Source of the DNA: a virus | Lineage: Duplodnaviria; Caudoviricetes | IMG/VR virus record: IMGVR_UViG_3300011438_000041 | Span: 1-24,199 of that record | Reading direction: 5' to 3' (one strand) | DNA length: 24,199 bases | Part shown: piece by piece, positions 17,382-24,096 of the stretch | How positions within the stretch are numbered: position 1 is the stretch's first letter | How the letters are laid out: each line of letters starts with the position of its first letter | The notes under the pieces: generated by a model | The model's input: the letters and a program-made list of their open reading frames with translations, nothing else | The model's database searches: none | Told to the model about the DNA's origin: nothing | Program-made: the position numbers and the translations under genes

Positions 17382-17576
17382 TCACGGCATGTAGAGCCAG
17401 AGCAGAAACGCCAGACCGAAAAAGATCGCGAACGCGCAGCCGACGGCGGCGCGGTTGTTCTTGAGGTCCGCGCGGTCTTTCGCCGTCGGCACGTACGCGC
17501 CGAGATCGCGGCCGCAGTGCTTACAAACGATCGCCGCGTCTTGGACTTGCTCTGCGCAGTAGGGGCAGACTTTCAT
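17382..17576 (-). CDS. Zinc-ribbon protein with C-terminal TM helix (64 aa)
   Basis: SD AGGAGGGA before ATG 17576. [24 protein letters not shown] followed by a hydrophobic C-terminus. Confidence 0.8.
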   Translation of the reverse strand: MKVCPYCAEQVQDAAIVCKHCGRDLGAYVPTAKDRADLKNNRAAVGCAFAIFFGLAFLLWLYMP

Positions 17577-17715
17577 CGCGTTCCCTCCTGAAATTCGCCG
17601 CAGGGTTTCGCACACACACCGCGCACACACTCCAATTTCTGATCTGCATATTCGGGCCTAATTTTGAACCTGTCCCGAGAGGCCGGTGTGTGCGCTTGGC
17701 TCGGATGAATCCTCG

Positions 17716-17728
17716 TAAGTTGTTGATG
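17716..17728 (-). promoter_or_regulatory. IHF-like binding site left of att core
   Basis: Minus strand CATCAACAACTTA vs consensus WATCARNNNNTTR (1 mismatch). Confidence 0.55.
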
Positions 17729-17732
17729 TATA

Positions 17733-17787
17733 TGGTGCGCCTGGCAGGAATTGAACCTGCGACCCCCGGTTTAGGAAACCAGCGCTC
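17733..17787 (-). mobile_element. attP core: 3' portion of tRNA-Arg(CCT)
   Basis: Minus strand GAGC-G-CTGGT-TTCCTAA-ACCGG-GGGTC-GCAGG-TTCAATT-CCTGC-CAGGCGC-ACCA gives anticodon arm (CCT), T arm and CCA end. The 5' acceptor strand is absent; lies downstream of int. Confidence 0.88.
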
Positions 17788-17794
17788 CGTATGC

Positions 17795-17807
17795 TAAGTG
17801 ACTGATT
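17795..17807 (-). promoter_or_regulatory. IHF-like binding site right of att core
   Basis: Minus strand AATCAGTCACTTA matches WATCARNNNNTTR exactly. Confidence 0.6.
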
Positions 17808-17812
17808 TTAAA

Positions 17813-17828
17813 CGTTCCACGTGGAACG
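17813..17828. promoter_or_regulatory. parS-type palindrome CGTTCCACGTGGAACG
   Basis: Perfect 16-bp palindrome. The inner 14 bp GTTCCACGTGGAAC match the widespread chromosomal parS type (TGTTNCACGTGNAACA). Confidence 0.72.
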
Positions 17829-17902
17829 CACACACTCGACGCACACACAACGCGGCGGATTTCCCCTCAATTCCGCGTAAATCTGGGCGCACACACAGGG
17901 GA

Positions 17903-18199
17903 TCATTTCGGGGATCCTGCCTTGCCCGCCCAGAACGCTTTGCGCCCGATCTTGTGGAGCTGTTCCCTAGCCTCGTCGAGCTGCTGGCGCGCCTCGTCCC
18001 GTTCAGCGATCGCCTCATCCAGCGCGACGGCCACTTTCTCGGCGGCGATCCATGCAGGTTCGAAGTTCACCTCGGTCTTATCCGCAGATTCGGACTCCGC
18101 AATGAGGAGGAGGACCATGAGCATCTGTGAGCGTTCATCTCGGGGGCGCCACGCTTGAAATAACACGTTAGCGACAGCCTCAAAGTGCTCACGGTCCAT
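17903..18199 (-). CDS. Hypothetical protein with C-terminal coiled coil (98 aa)
   Basis: ATG 18199 with AGGGG SD just after the int stop; AIAERDEARQQLDEAREQL heptads. Confidence 0.6.
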   Translation of the reverse strand: MDREHFEAVANVLFQAWRPRDERSQMLMVLLLIAESESADKTEVNFEPAWIAAEKVAVALDEAIAERDEARQQLDEAREQLHKIGRKAFWAGKAGSPK

Positions 18200-18206
18200 C
18201 GGTCCC

Positions 18207-19469
18207 CTAGCCTTTCTCAACGACGTGGAAATCGCGCACGGTCGCGCCGGGTTTCGGCGTCTCGGGGAACCAGCGCGCGCGCATCTTTTCGATCGCGCTG
18301 GCGACGCGCTCGGGGACCGCCGCTTTCGTGTAACGCTCGGTCGTCTTGATGTCGGCGTGCTGGGCCAGGTGCTTGACGGCGTGGATGTCGCCGCTCTGCC
18401 GGTAGGCATCGCTCAGGAACGAGTGCCGCGTGTCGTAGGGATTGCAATTCGGCGGGACGGTCGCGTCGAACTGCTCGAGCAGCGTCCGGTCGTTCGACTC
18501 GTCGGCCGCCGCGACGAGCGCCTTCCGGGTATTCGCGACCGCGCGCCGCCAGCTCTTACGCATGCTCGCGCGCGAAAAGTCTTTACCCCACAACCCGGCC
18601 CGGTCGTAGTCGCGCAGGGCGTCGACGGCCGCCGGCAACAGATCGACCCACGCGCCTTCGGCGCCCCGGCCCTTTTTGCGCGCCGGGAGGAATAGCTTTC
18701 CCTCGCGGAAATTGACGCGCTTGCGATCGAGGCGCATCAGGGATTTGTGCGCGAGCCCGGTCCATGACATCACCCGGAGGCGGATCTTGGTTTCGCTGTG
18801 GTCCGGTCGCGTCTCGCCTTTCGTGCCGCGGCCGCGATCGGGCATCGTCGCCAGGATGCGCGCGAGGATCGGCATGAGGATCCCGCGCGGCTCGCCTTTC
18901 GGCGGCGGGAGATACGCGATCCCATCCGTCGGCAGGATCAGGTCGTCGTCGTCGTCGGCGCCCAGGGTCAACCGGAGCACCATCGCGAGCGCGCGCATGC
19001 GGTGATTGACCGTCGTCGGCGCGCGGCCGGCGTCGCTCCACGCTTTCAGCTGCGCGCGGATTTGCGATCGCTTCAAGTCGCCGACGGGTTCCCCTGCCAG
19101 CGGCGAGGTCCGCCAGTGCGCGAGCAGTCGATGTTCGTCGGCGCGCCTGTCGTCGATCACGACCTTCCCGTCGGCGCGCGGCGTCAACGGGTGATCGCGT
19201 TTCCACTGGTCGATCGCCGCGCCGAGCGATCCGGCCTCGCCGCCGGTCCGCGCGCGTTGGCGTTTGAGATCTTCGAGCAATTGGAAGCGACACTTCACGA
19301 GCTCGACGAGATTATTTTTCGAATACGGGATGCCGTCGTCGTCAATGAGTGGGAAGCGCGCCGTCGCTTGCAAGATGTTCGGCCGGGACCCGATGCGCGC
19401 GAGGACCGTGATGCCGTGCGCGTCCTGGTAGATCCCCTCGGCGAGTGTCGTGCGTGTTCGTGCTGCCAC
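18207..19469 (-). CDS. int: Tyrosine recombinase / integrase
   Basis: APTTVNH core-binding motif, box II YDTRHSF...LAQHADIKTTERY; adjacent to attP. Box I is atypical (WTGLAHKSL). Confidence 0.9.
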   Translation of the reverse strand: MAARTRTTLAEGIYQDAHGITVLARIGSRPNILQATARFPLIDDDGIPYSKNNLVELVKCRFQLLEDLKRQRARTGGEAGSLGAAIDQWKRDHPLTPRADGKVVIDDRRADEHRLLAHWRTSPLAGEPVGDLKRSQIRAQLKAWSDAGRAPTTVNHRMRALAMVLRLTLGADDDDDLILPTDGIAYLPPPKGEPRGILMPILARILATMPDRGRGTKGETRPDHSETKIRLRVMSWTGLAHKSLMRLDRKRVNFREGKLFLPARKKGRGAEGAWVDLLPAAVDALRDYDRAGLWGKDFSRASMRKSWRRAVANTRKALVAAADESNDRTLLEQFDATVPPNCNPYDTRHSFLSDAYRQSGDIHAVKHLAQHADIKTTERYTKAAVPERVASAIEKMRARWFPETPKPGATVRDFHVVEKG

Positions 19470-19475
19470 GCGCCT

Positions 19476-19481
19476 ATTTTA
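19476..19481 (-). promoter_or_regulatory. Candidate -10 box (TAAAAT) for leaderless int mRNA
   Basis: TAAAAT lies exactly 6 nt upstream of the int GTG; no clear SD. Confidence 0.5.
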
Positions 19482-19494
19482 GCTTAATTCTGGA

Positions 19495-19686
19495 CTACTT
19501 TTGTCGCTTTTGGGTTGACGCCGCGCGTCGCGCCGCCGTAGATCCAGAAGTGCGGCGCGGTTTGTTCCAGTAGGGACTTTTACACTTGGGACAGGTCGTC
19601 GGCGCCGTGTCGCTTTTGGGAATCCATTTATGTCCGCAGCGCTGGCACTGATGCCCCATGAAGGTCAAGGGGACGAGTTTCGCCAT
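19495..19686 (-). CDS. Small C4 zinc-ribbon protein with basic tail, at the repressor position
   Basis: CQRCGHKW...CPKCKSPYWNKPRR; start ATG 19686 or GTG 19704. Divergent from the early operon and co-oriented with int. Confidence 0.75.
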   Translation of the reverse strand: MAKLVPLTFMGHQCQRCGHKWIPKSDTAPTTCPKCKSPYWNKPRRTSGSTAARRAASTQKRQK

Positions 19687-19704
19687 GACGGCGGATTGTT
19701 CCAC

Positions 19705-19895
19705 GACGGTTATACCCCTACCTATATGGCACGGAAAGAGCAGGTTTACAAAGGGATTCTTTTATGAGGTATCCACATAGAAGGTAAGCCGTAAGGCGTA
19801 GCAAGAATTGACAGCTTGCCGTCGGAGTTTTGGCCGTCTACGATGCGCGTCCCCCCGGTCGTCGTCGTTTTCCCGTCGTTGCGGATAGAGGTCCC
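19705..19895. promoter_or_regulatory. Divergent promoter / genetic switch region
   Basis: AT-enriched intergenic segment. Rightward TTGCCG(19816-21)-N17-TACGAT(19839-44); leftward -10-like TATAAC (19714-19709). Confidence 0.6.
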
Positions 19896-20177
19896 ATGAA
19901 ACGCGCACCCGTCACCGACCTAACAGCCCTCCCCGTGATCCTCACCCTGCCGGAGCTCGCCGCCGTCTATCGCGTCAGCCCGCTCACCATTCGCCGCGGG
20001 TTGCAACAGAACACGTTTCGCCCGCTCCCCTTTGAGAAATATCCCTATCGCTGGCTCCGCGAGGACGTGATGCGCGATCTGCAAACCCGGCACGTGAAAT
20101 TGAAAACGCGCCGACATGGGTTCGCGGCGGCGAAGGTCAGGCGCCAGGCCGCCGACCGGGAGCACGTCGCGAAGTAG
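19896..20177 (+). CDS. Xis/Cox-like winged-HTH protein
   Basis: SD GAGG before ATG 19896. LPVILTLPELAAVYRVSPLTIRR...YRWLREDV is a MerR/Xis-like pattern; first gene of the early operon. Confidence 0.75.
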   Translation: MKRAPVTDLTALPVILTLPELAAVYRVSPLTIRRGLQQNTFRPLPFEKYPYRWLREDVMRDLQTRHVKLKTRRHGFAAAKVRRQAADREHVAK

Positions 20178-20186
20178 AGGGGAACG

Positions 20187-20696
20187 ATGAGCGGGCGTCT
20201 CACCTCCGCCGTCTTCGACTCGGCGCTGCCGGCCTGGCTGAAGCCGTACGCCGCCGCGTGCGCGTCGTTTGCCAGTGATCGCGACGGCACGCGCGTCTAT
20301 CCGTCGATCGCGCGCATTGCGCGGATGGTCGGGCGCTGCGAACGCGCGACCCAGACCGCGATCCATGAGCTCGAGCGGCGCGGCGTGCTCGAGGTCGTCG
20401 CGCCCGCGCGCCAGCACACCAGCACGCACTATCGCTTTGTCTACGACGCGCTCCCGTTCAGCGACGGCGACCAGCTCCGGTTATTCGCTCCACAGGGTTT
20501 TCCACAGGCGCGATCGCAAAACGCGGGACAAGTTGAAGATTTCCACAGGCATGCACAGTCAGGGGTGCAGTGGGCTTCCGTCAGGGGTGCAGTGGACTGC
20601 ACCCGATCCGTCATAGATCCGTCAAGAACTAGTACTCATCTCGCGCGCGCGCGAAAAGGCAAATACCCGAAAACAGGAACGGACGATGGACGCTAA
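20187..20696 (+). CDS. Putative replication initiator with N-terminal wHTH
   Basis: VYPSIARIARMVGRCERATQTAIHELERRGVL (HTH_36-like); internal DNA repeats as in lambda O-type genes. Confidence 0.7.
   Translation: MSGRLTSAVFDSALPAWLKPYAAACASFASDRDGTRVYPSIARIARMVGRCERATQTAIHELERRGVLEVVAPARQHTSTHYRFVYDALPFSDGDQLRLFAPQGFPQARSQNAGQVEDFHRHAQSGVQWASVRGAVDCTRSVIDPSRTSTHLARARKGKYPKTGTDDGR
20486..20640. repeat. Probable replication origin: DnaA-box-like repeats plus iterons
   Basis: TTTTCCACA (20498-20506) and ATTTCCACA (20539-20547); GTCAGGGGTGCAGTGG x2 (20558-73, 20580-95); inverted ACTGCACCC (20596-604); GATCCGTCA x2 (20605-13, 20616-24). Confidence 0.7.
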
Positions 20697-21108
20697 TCCC
20701 GACTCGGTCTATTTCGAAGTCCCTGGCCCCTTCGGCGTCAAGGGCTCGACGTTTTCCTTTCTCGATCGCAAGGGCAAGCTCCGGACCAAGACCGACTGCA
20801 AGCACGGGAAATCCTTCGCGTCGGCGGTCCAGTGGGCCGCGAAGAGCGCCGGCGTGACGCTGGTCCCGAAGGGCCGCGGGGTGACGCTCTCGGTCGTCTA
20901 TGGATTCCCGCGGCCGAAAGGCCGCGATCGCTTGCGTGTCGATCCGTGCGTCCGGCCTGACGTCGACAAGCTGTGTCGCGCGCTGATGGATGCGCTGACC
21001 GGGGTCGCCTATCAGGACGACGGCCAGGTCGTCGCGCTCTCGGTCCGAAAAATCTACGCGGATAAAGTGCGCGCCCGCGTGATCGTGATGGCCGAGCCGA
21101 ACCCATGA
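20686..21108 (+). CDS. rusA: RusA-family Holliday junction resolvase
   Basis: RPDVDKLCRALMDALTGVAYQDDGQVV signature. Confidence 0.9.
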   Translation: MDANPDSVYFEVPGPFGVKGSTFSFLDRKGKLRTKTDCKHGKSFASAVQWAAKSAGVTLVPKGRGVTLSVVYGFPRPKGRDRLRVDPCVRPDVDKLCRALMDALTGVAYQDDGQVVALSVRKIYADKVRARVIVMAEPNP

Positions 21109-21329
21109 CCATCAGGGCCGTGCGCGTGCAGATAACGGCGGCGTTCTTGTTCGATCTCCTGCCGTTTCCAAAAGGGACGGAGTTACTCGCCGCGCAAGTG
21201 ACGGACACCGGTGATTTAGAACTTGCTATTGCCCACAACGCATTACCCGAAGTGCCAAACGGTCGATTACCTCCGCTGGTTCAGCCGGTATTTCGTCGGG
21301 CTACATTCGACGATTGGGGATTGCGATGA
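21105..21329 (+). CDS. Hypothetical protein (74 aa)
   Basis: ATGA-coupled to rusA; visibly lower GC than its neighbours. Confidence 0.6.
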   Translation: MTIRAVRVQITAAFLFDLLPFPKGTELLAAQVTDTGDLELAIAHNALPEVPNGRLPPLVQPVFRRATFDDWGLR

Positions 21330-21607
21330 AGTCCGCCCCAGAGAGGAAACATGAACGCTCAAACCTTGCGCGGCTTCTGTTTCGTCCTCGTCCTGTTCGC
21401 GCTGACGATGCTCCTCGCGCTCGTCGTCGCAATCGTGCGGAACGGCTGATCCGATCGTGCTGGTGTGTCGCGTGGAACGGGCAGCACGAATTCTATCGAG
21501 CCTGGTCGCGCGATCGGTTGTATCAACGCTGCCTGATCTGCGGGCACGAAACGCCCGGTTGGGACGTGCGGCCGTCGTTCCGGTATTGGTCGACGTGGAT
21601 GCGATGA
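21326..21607 (+). CDS. Hypothetical protein with C-terminal Cys/His cluster
   Basis: ATGA coupling at both ends; C...QHEF...QRCLICGHETPGW. True start uncertain. Confidence 0.5.
   Translation: MKSAPERKHERSNLARLLFRPRPVRADDAPRARRRNRAERLIRSCWCVAWNGQHEFYRAWSRDRLYQRCLICGHETPGWDVRPSFRYWSTWMR
21351..21449 (+). CDS. Small single-TM peptide (32 aa), not in the ORF track
   Basis: SD GAGGA before ATG; MNAQTLRGFCFVLVLFALTMLLALVVAIVRNG. Confidence 0.5.
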   Translation: MNAQTLRGFCFVLVLFALTMLLALVVAIVRNG

Positions 21608-21774
21608 GGTTTTATTTTCTGTTCGCGATGAATCTCGCGGTCCTGACGCTACAGGTCGGGCGCGTCGCGCACACCGGCGAGCTCTCGCCGTTCCAGTTTG
21701 GGTCGTCCGTGTTCGCCCTGATCGGCGCCGCGGCGATCTTCCCGATCGTGCGTCGACGACTGCGCGGCGAATGA
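21604..21774 (+). CDS. Small two-TM membrane protein (56 aa)
   Basis: ATG 21604 (ATGA overlap); two hydrophobic segments and a basic C-terminus RRRLR. Confidence 0.55.
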   Translation: MRFYFLFAMNLAVLTLQVGRVAHTGELSPFQFGSSVFALIGAAAIFPIVRRRLRGE

Positions 21775-22397
21775 TGCAGGAACAGCAACGCTACCCGCTC
21801 GCCTGGCCGATTGGATGGCCGCGGACCGATTGGAAAAACCGGCGGTCGTCGTCGTTTGGCATGACGACCGAAGTCGCCGGCGTCAAGCGACGGGTCGCGA
21901 TCAATATGCGGACCGCGATCGATCGACTGCTGGCCGAGCTCGATCGCATCGGCGCCGCGAATGCCGTGTTGAGCACCAACGTCGAGCTCCGTCTGGACGG
22001 AATGCCGATGGGCAACCGCGCCGAGCCTGGCGACGTCGGCGTCGCGGTCTATTTTCGACACAAGGGCAAGCCGATCGTTTTTGCCTGTGACAAGTGGTCG
22101 ACGGTCGCCGAGAACATCGCGGCGATCGCGCAACACATTGACGCGATCCGGCGGATGGATCGTTACGGCGTCGGTCGCCTCGAGCAAGCGCTCGCCGGCT
22201 ATCAGCGGATGTTGTCGGGCCGTCGCGCCTGGTTCGACGTGCTGGGCTTCAAGGACCCGCCGACGCACCTAGCGACGGTCGAGCGCGCCTATCGATCACT
22301 CGTCGTCGCGCATCATCCCGATCGCGGCGGCAACCCCGAGCGCGCGTCGGAAATCAACGAGGCATTCCAGCAAGCAAAAGCGGAGCTCGGTCAATGA
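21771..22397 (+). CDS. J-domain (DnaJ-like) protein
   Basis: C-terminal WFDVLG...VERAYRSL...HHPDRGG...EINEAF with intact HPD; N-terminal YPLAWP.GWPRT domain. Confidence 0.88.
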   Translation: MMQEQQRYPLAWPIGWPRTDWKNRRSSSFGMTTEVAGVKRRVAINMRTAIDRLLAELDRIGAANAVLSTNVELRLDGMPMGNRAEPGDVGVAVYFRHKGKPIVFACDKWSTVAENIAAIAQHIDAIRRMDRYGVGRLEQALAGYQRMLSGRRAWFDVLGFKDPPTHLATVERAYRSLVVAHHPDRGGNPERASEINEAFQQAKAELGQ

Positions 22398-22732
22398 GCG
22401 ACCGACCGATGACGATGGGCGAGAAGGTTGAGCGGGACGGACCGTGCGCGTTGTTCGTGGCGATCGCCGAGCTCGCCGAGGCCCATCGACGCATCCCGAT
22501 CGGCGAGTGGGACTCTGGCCCGTTTCTGACCGACGGGCGCTATCGCGTGATGGTGAATGGCGGTCGGCACGACGAGTGGAACCACATCCCGCGCTTCCAC
22601 GCCATGCTCGAGTTCAACGGATGGCCGGTCGCAATGGTGAGCCCCGCCGGCGGGACGATCGTCGGCATGGACGCGGACGAGGACGAGGTGATCGCGGCGG
22701 TGAAACGTGAGTCGGCAGCCACGCGCGGCTAG
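22394..22732 (+). CDS. Hypothetical protein (112 aa)
   Basis: ATGA-coupled; coding-like codon usage. Confidence 0.65.
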   Translation: MSDRPMTMGEKVERDGPCALFVAIAELAEAHRRIPIGEWDSGPFLTDGRYRVMVNGGRHDEWNHIPRFHAMLEFNGWPVAMVSPAGGTIVGMDADEDEVIAAVKRESAATRG

Positions 22733-22738
22733 GGCCAA

Positions 22739-23077
22739 ATGAGTTTTTGCTATCGCGGCATTCGGCAATGGGTGATCGCCGGCGACGGCCTGACGAATGG
22801 CGCCGCCGAAGTCGACGGACCGTTTCGCCCGTTAACGATCATCTTCAGCGACGGCGAGGGATGGGAACACGTCAGCGTCTCGACCAAAGGCCGTTGTCCG
22901 AATTGGCAGGAAATGTGTTTCGTGAAGGATCTCTTTTGGGCACCTGACGACGTCGTGATGCAGCTGCATCCGGCCCGATCGGAGTACGTCAACAATCACG
23001 AATTCTGTTTGCACCTATGGCGACCAAAAGAACAAACGATCCCAGCACCACCGGCGCGCCTGGTCGGGACGCGATGA
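22739..23077 (+). CDS. Conserved phage hypothetical protein
   Basis: GWEHVSVS...CPNWQEMCFVKDLFW...QLHP..SEYVNNH..CLHLWRP, a pattern recurrent in phage early regions. Confidence 0.75.
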   Translation: MSFCYRGIRQWVIAGDGLTNGAAEVDGPFRPLTIIFSDGEGWEHVSVSTKGRCPNWQEMCFVKDLFWAPDDVVMQLHPARSEYVNNHEFCLHLWRPKEQTIPAPPARLVGTR

Positions 23078-23328
23078 CGTTCGACTATCGGTTTTGGGCG
23101 CGCGTCCCGAGCGACGTCGCGGCGATCGTGTTGCTGCCCGAGGCGCCGGAATATCCGATTCATCGGGTCGCCGTGCGGCCCGTGTTCCCGCCAGGCGTGT
23201 GTATTGGCTGCGGCTGCACCGACGCCGATCCGTGCCTCATCGCAGTTGAGTTTCTCGGTCAGCACGACGTTGTCCCCTGCGGTTGGATCGACGACACGCG
23301 GACCCGTTGCAGTGCGTGCGCGCAGTGA
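23074..23328 (+). CDS. Cys-rich zinc-finger protein
   Basis: ATG 23074 (ATGA overlap); CIGCGCTDADPC...CGW...CSAC. Confidence 0.65.
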   Translation: MTFDYRFWARVPSDVAAIVLLPEAPEYPIHRVAVRPVFPPGVCIGCGCTDADPCLIAVEFLGQHDVVPCGWIDDTRTRCSACAQ

Positions 23329-23366
23329 CGCATATGCGGCGGCGAATTCTAAGTGGAGTGTGACGA

Positions 23367-23765
23367 ATGGCGAAGTTGTCAACGTCGGAGGTTTCACAAG
23401 TTCTCGCCGGCGTGCCTGGATGCCAAGGCGCCGATTGCGGTCAATGTCTACGATGTAGGGTGCGCGTTTCGTTAATGGGTAAACCACCAACCGAGCAGGC
23501 GATTACGATCGGGTCACTTCTGAGTAGTCGAACGAAGCAAGGCCTCGTCGAATTCGTCGTCAACGACGAACGATTGCAGTTTCCATTGGACAAAGCGCGC
23601 GAGATCTACGAAATGTTTGGCGGCGCGATCGAGGCGGCGACGACCGACCAAATCGTTTACGAAATCATGCGCGACAAGGGACTGCCGGAGCCGGCTGTCT
23701 TGGCGATCCTGGGCGAGATGCGCGAGAAGCGACAGGGCTCCAAGGGCACGGTCTACGCATCGTGA
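23367..23765 (+). CDS. Hypothetical protein (alternative start ATG 23475)
   Basis: Open frame before the HNH gene; GGAG upstream of 23367. The C-terminal part is the more convincingly coding. Confidence 0.6.
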   Translation: MAKLSTSEVSQVLAGVPGCQGADCGQCLRCRVRVSLMGKPPTEQAITIGSLLSSRTKQGLVEFVVNDERLQFPLDKAREIYEMFGGAIEAATTDQIVYEIMRDKGLPEPAVLAILGEMREKRQGSKGTVYAS

Positions 23766-23769
23766 GGCG

Positions 23770-24096
23770 ATGCAATTCTGCAACGAGCCCGGCTGCGGCG
23801 TGCTGGTCCCGAGCGGGAGGTGTGCAACGCATGCGCCTCGCGACCGGCTGGCGCGACTCGACTATCGCCAGGTGCATCGGTGGATGGTGTCGGCCCGGTG
23901 GCAACGGCTGCGACTCGAGGTGCTACAGGATGAGCCGTTCTGTCGCTCTTGTCGGGCCGCGGGTCGCAAGGTGCTGACGGTCGACATCGATCACATACGC
24001 AAGCACGCCGGCGATGAGAAATTATTTTGGGACCGGATGAATTTGCAGGGCCTATGCAAACGCTGCCATACGATCAAGACCGCGCGAGGCGGGTAG
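23770..24096 (+). CDS. HNH endonuclease (HK97 gp74-like terminase accessory)
   Basis: GAGG SD before ATG 23770. CNEPGC, WQRLR, EPFCRSC, DIDHI and NLQGLCKRCHTIKT motifs; adjacent to cos/terS when circularised. Confidence 0.92.
   Translation: MQFCNEPGCGVLVPSGRCATHAPRDRLARLDYRQVHRWMVSARWQRLRLEVLQDEPFCRSCRAAGRKVLTVDIDHIRKHAGDEKLFWDRMNLQGLCKRCHTIKTARGG

Larger units (their letters stand above)
17609..17896. repeat. Six CGCACACAC repeats, probable integrase arm-type sites of attP
   Basis: Direct copies at 17609, 17622, 17827, 17840 and 17888; inverted copy at 17686-17694. Both tandem pairs have 13-nt spacing and flank the tRNA-derived core. Confidence 0.75.

Noticed and set aside
17733-17810. Complete functional tRNA-Arg gene
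   Set aside because: The 5' acceptor strand (expected GCGCCTG) and 5' D-stem are absent; it is better explained as an attP core.
17609-17896. CRISPR array from the CGCACACAC repeats
   Set aside because: Repeats are only 9 bp, irregularly spaced and in both orientations; no cas genes.
17798-18130. Plus-strand 110-aa ORF across attP
   Set aside because: Overlaps the att arm sites and the better-supported minus-strand gene; no SD or motifs.
19808-19813. TTGACA as the -35 box of the early promoter
   Set aside because: No -10 hexamer at 16-18 nt spacing; TTGCCG-N17-TACGAT fits better.
23770-24096. HNH as a homing endonuclease, or as the restriction partner of the methyltransferase
   Set aside because: Size, motifs and cos-adjacent position match HK97 gp74-like packaging accessory nucleases.
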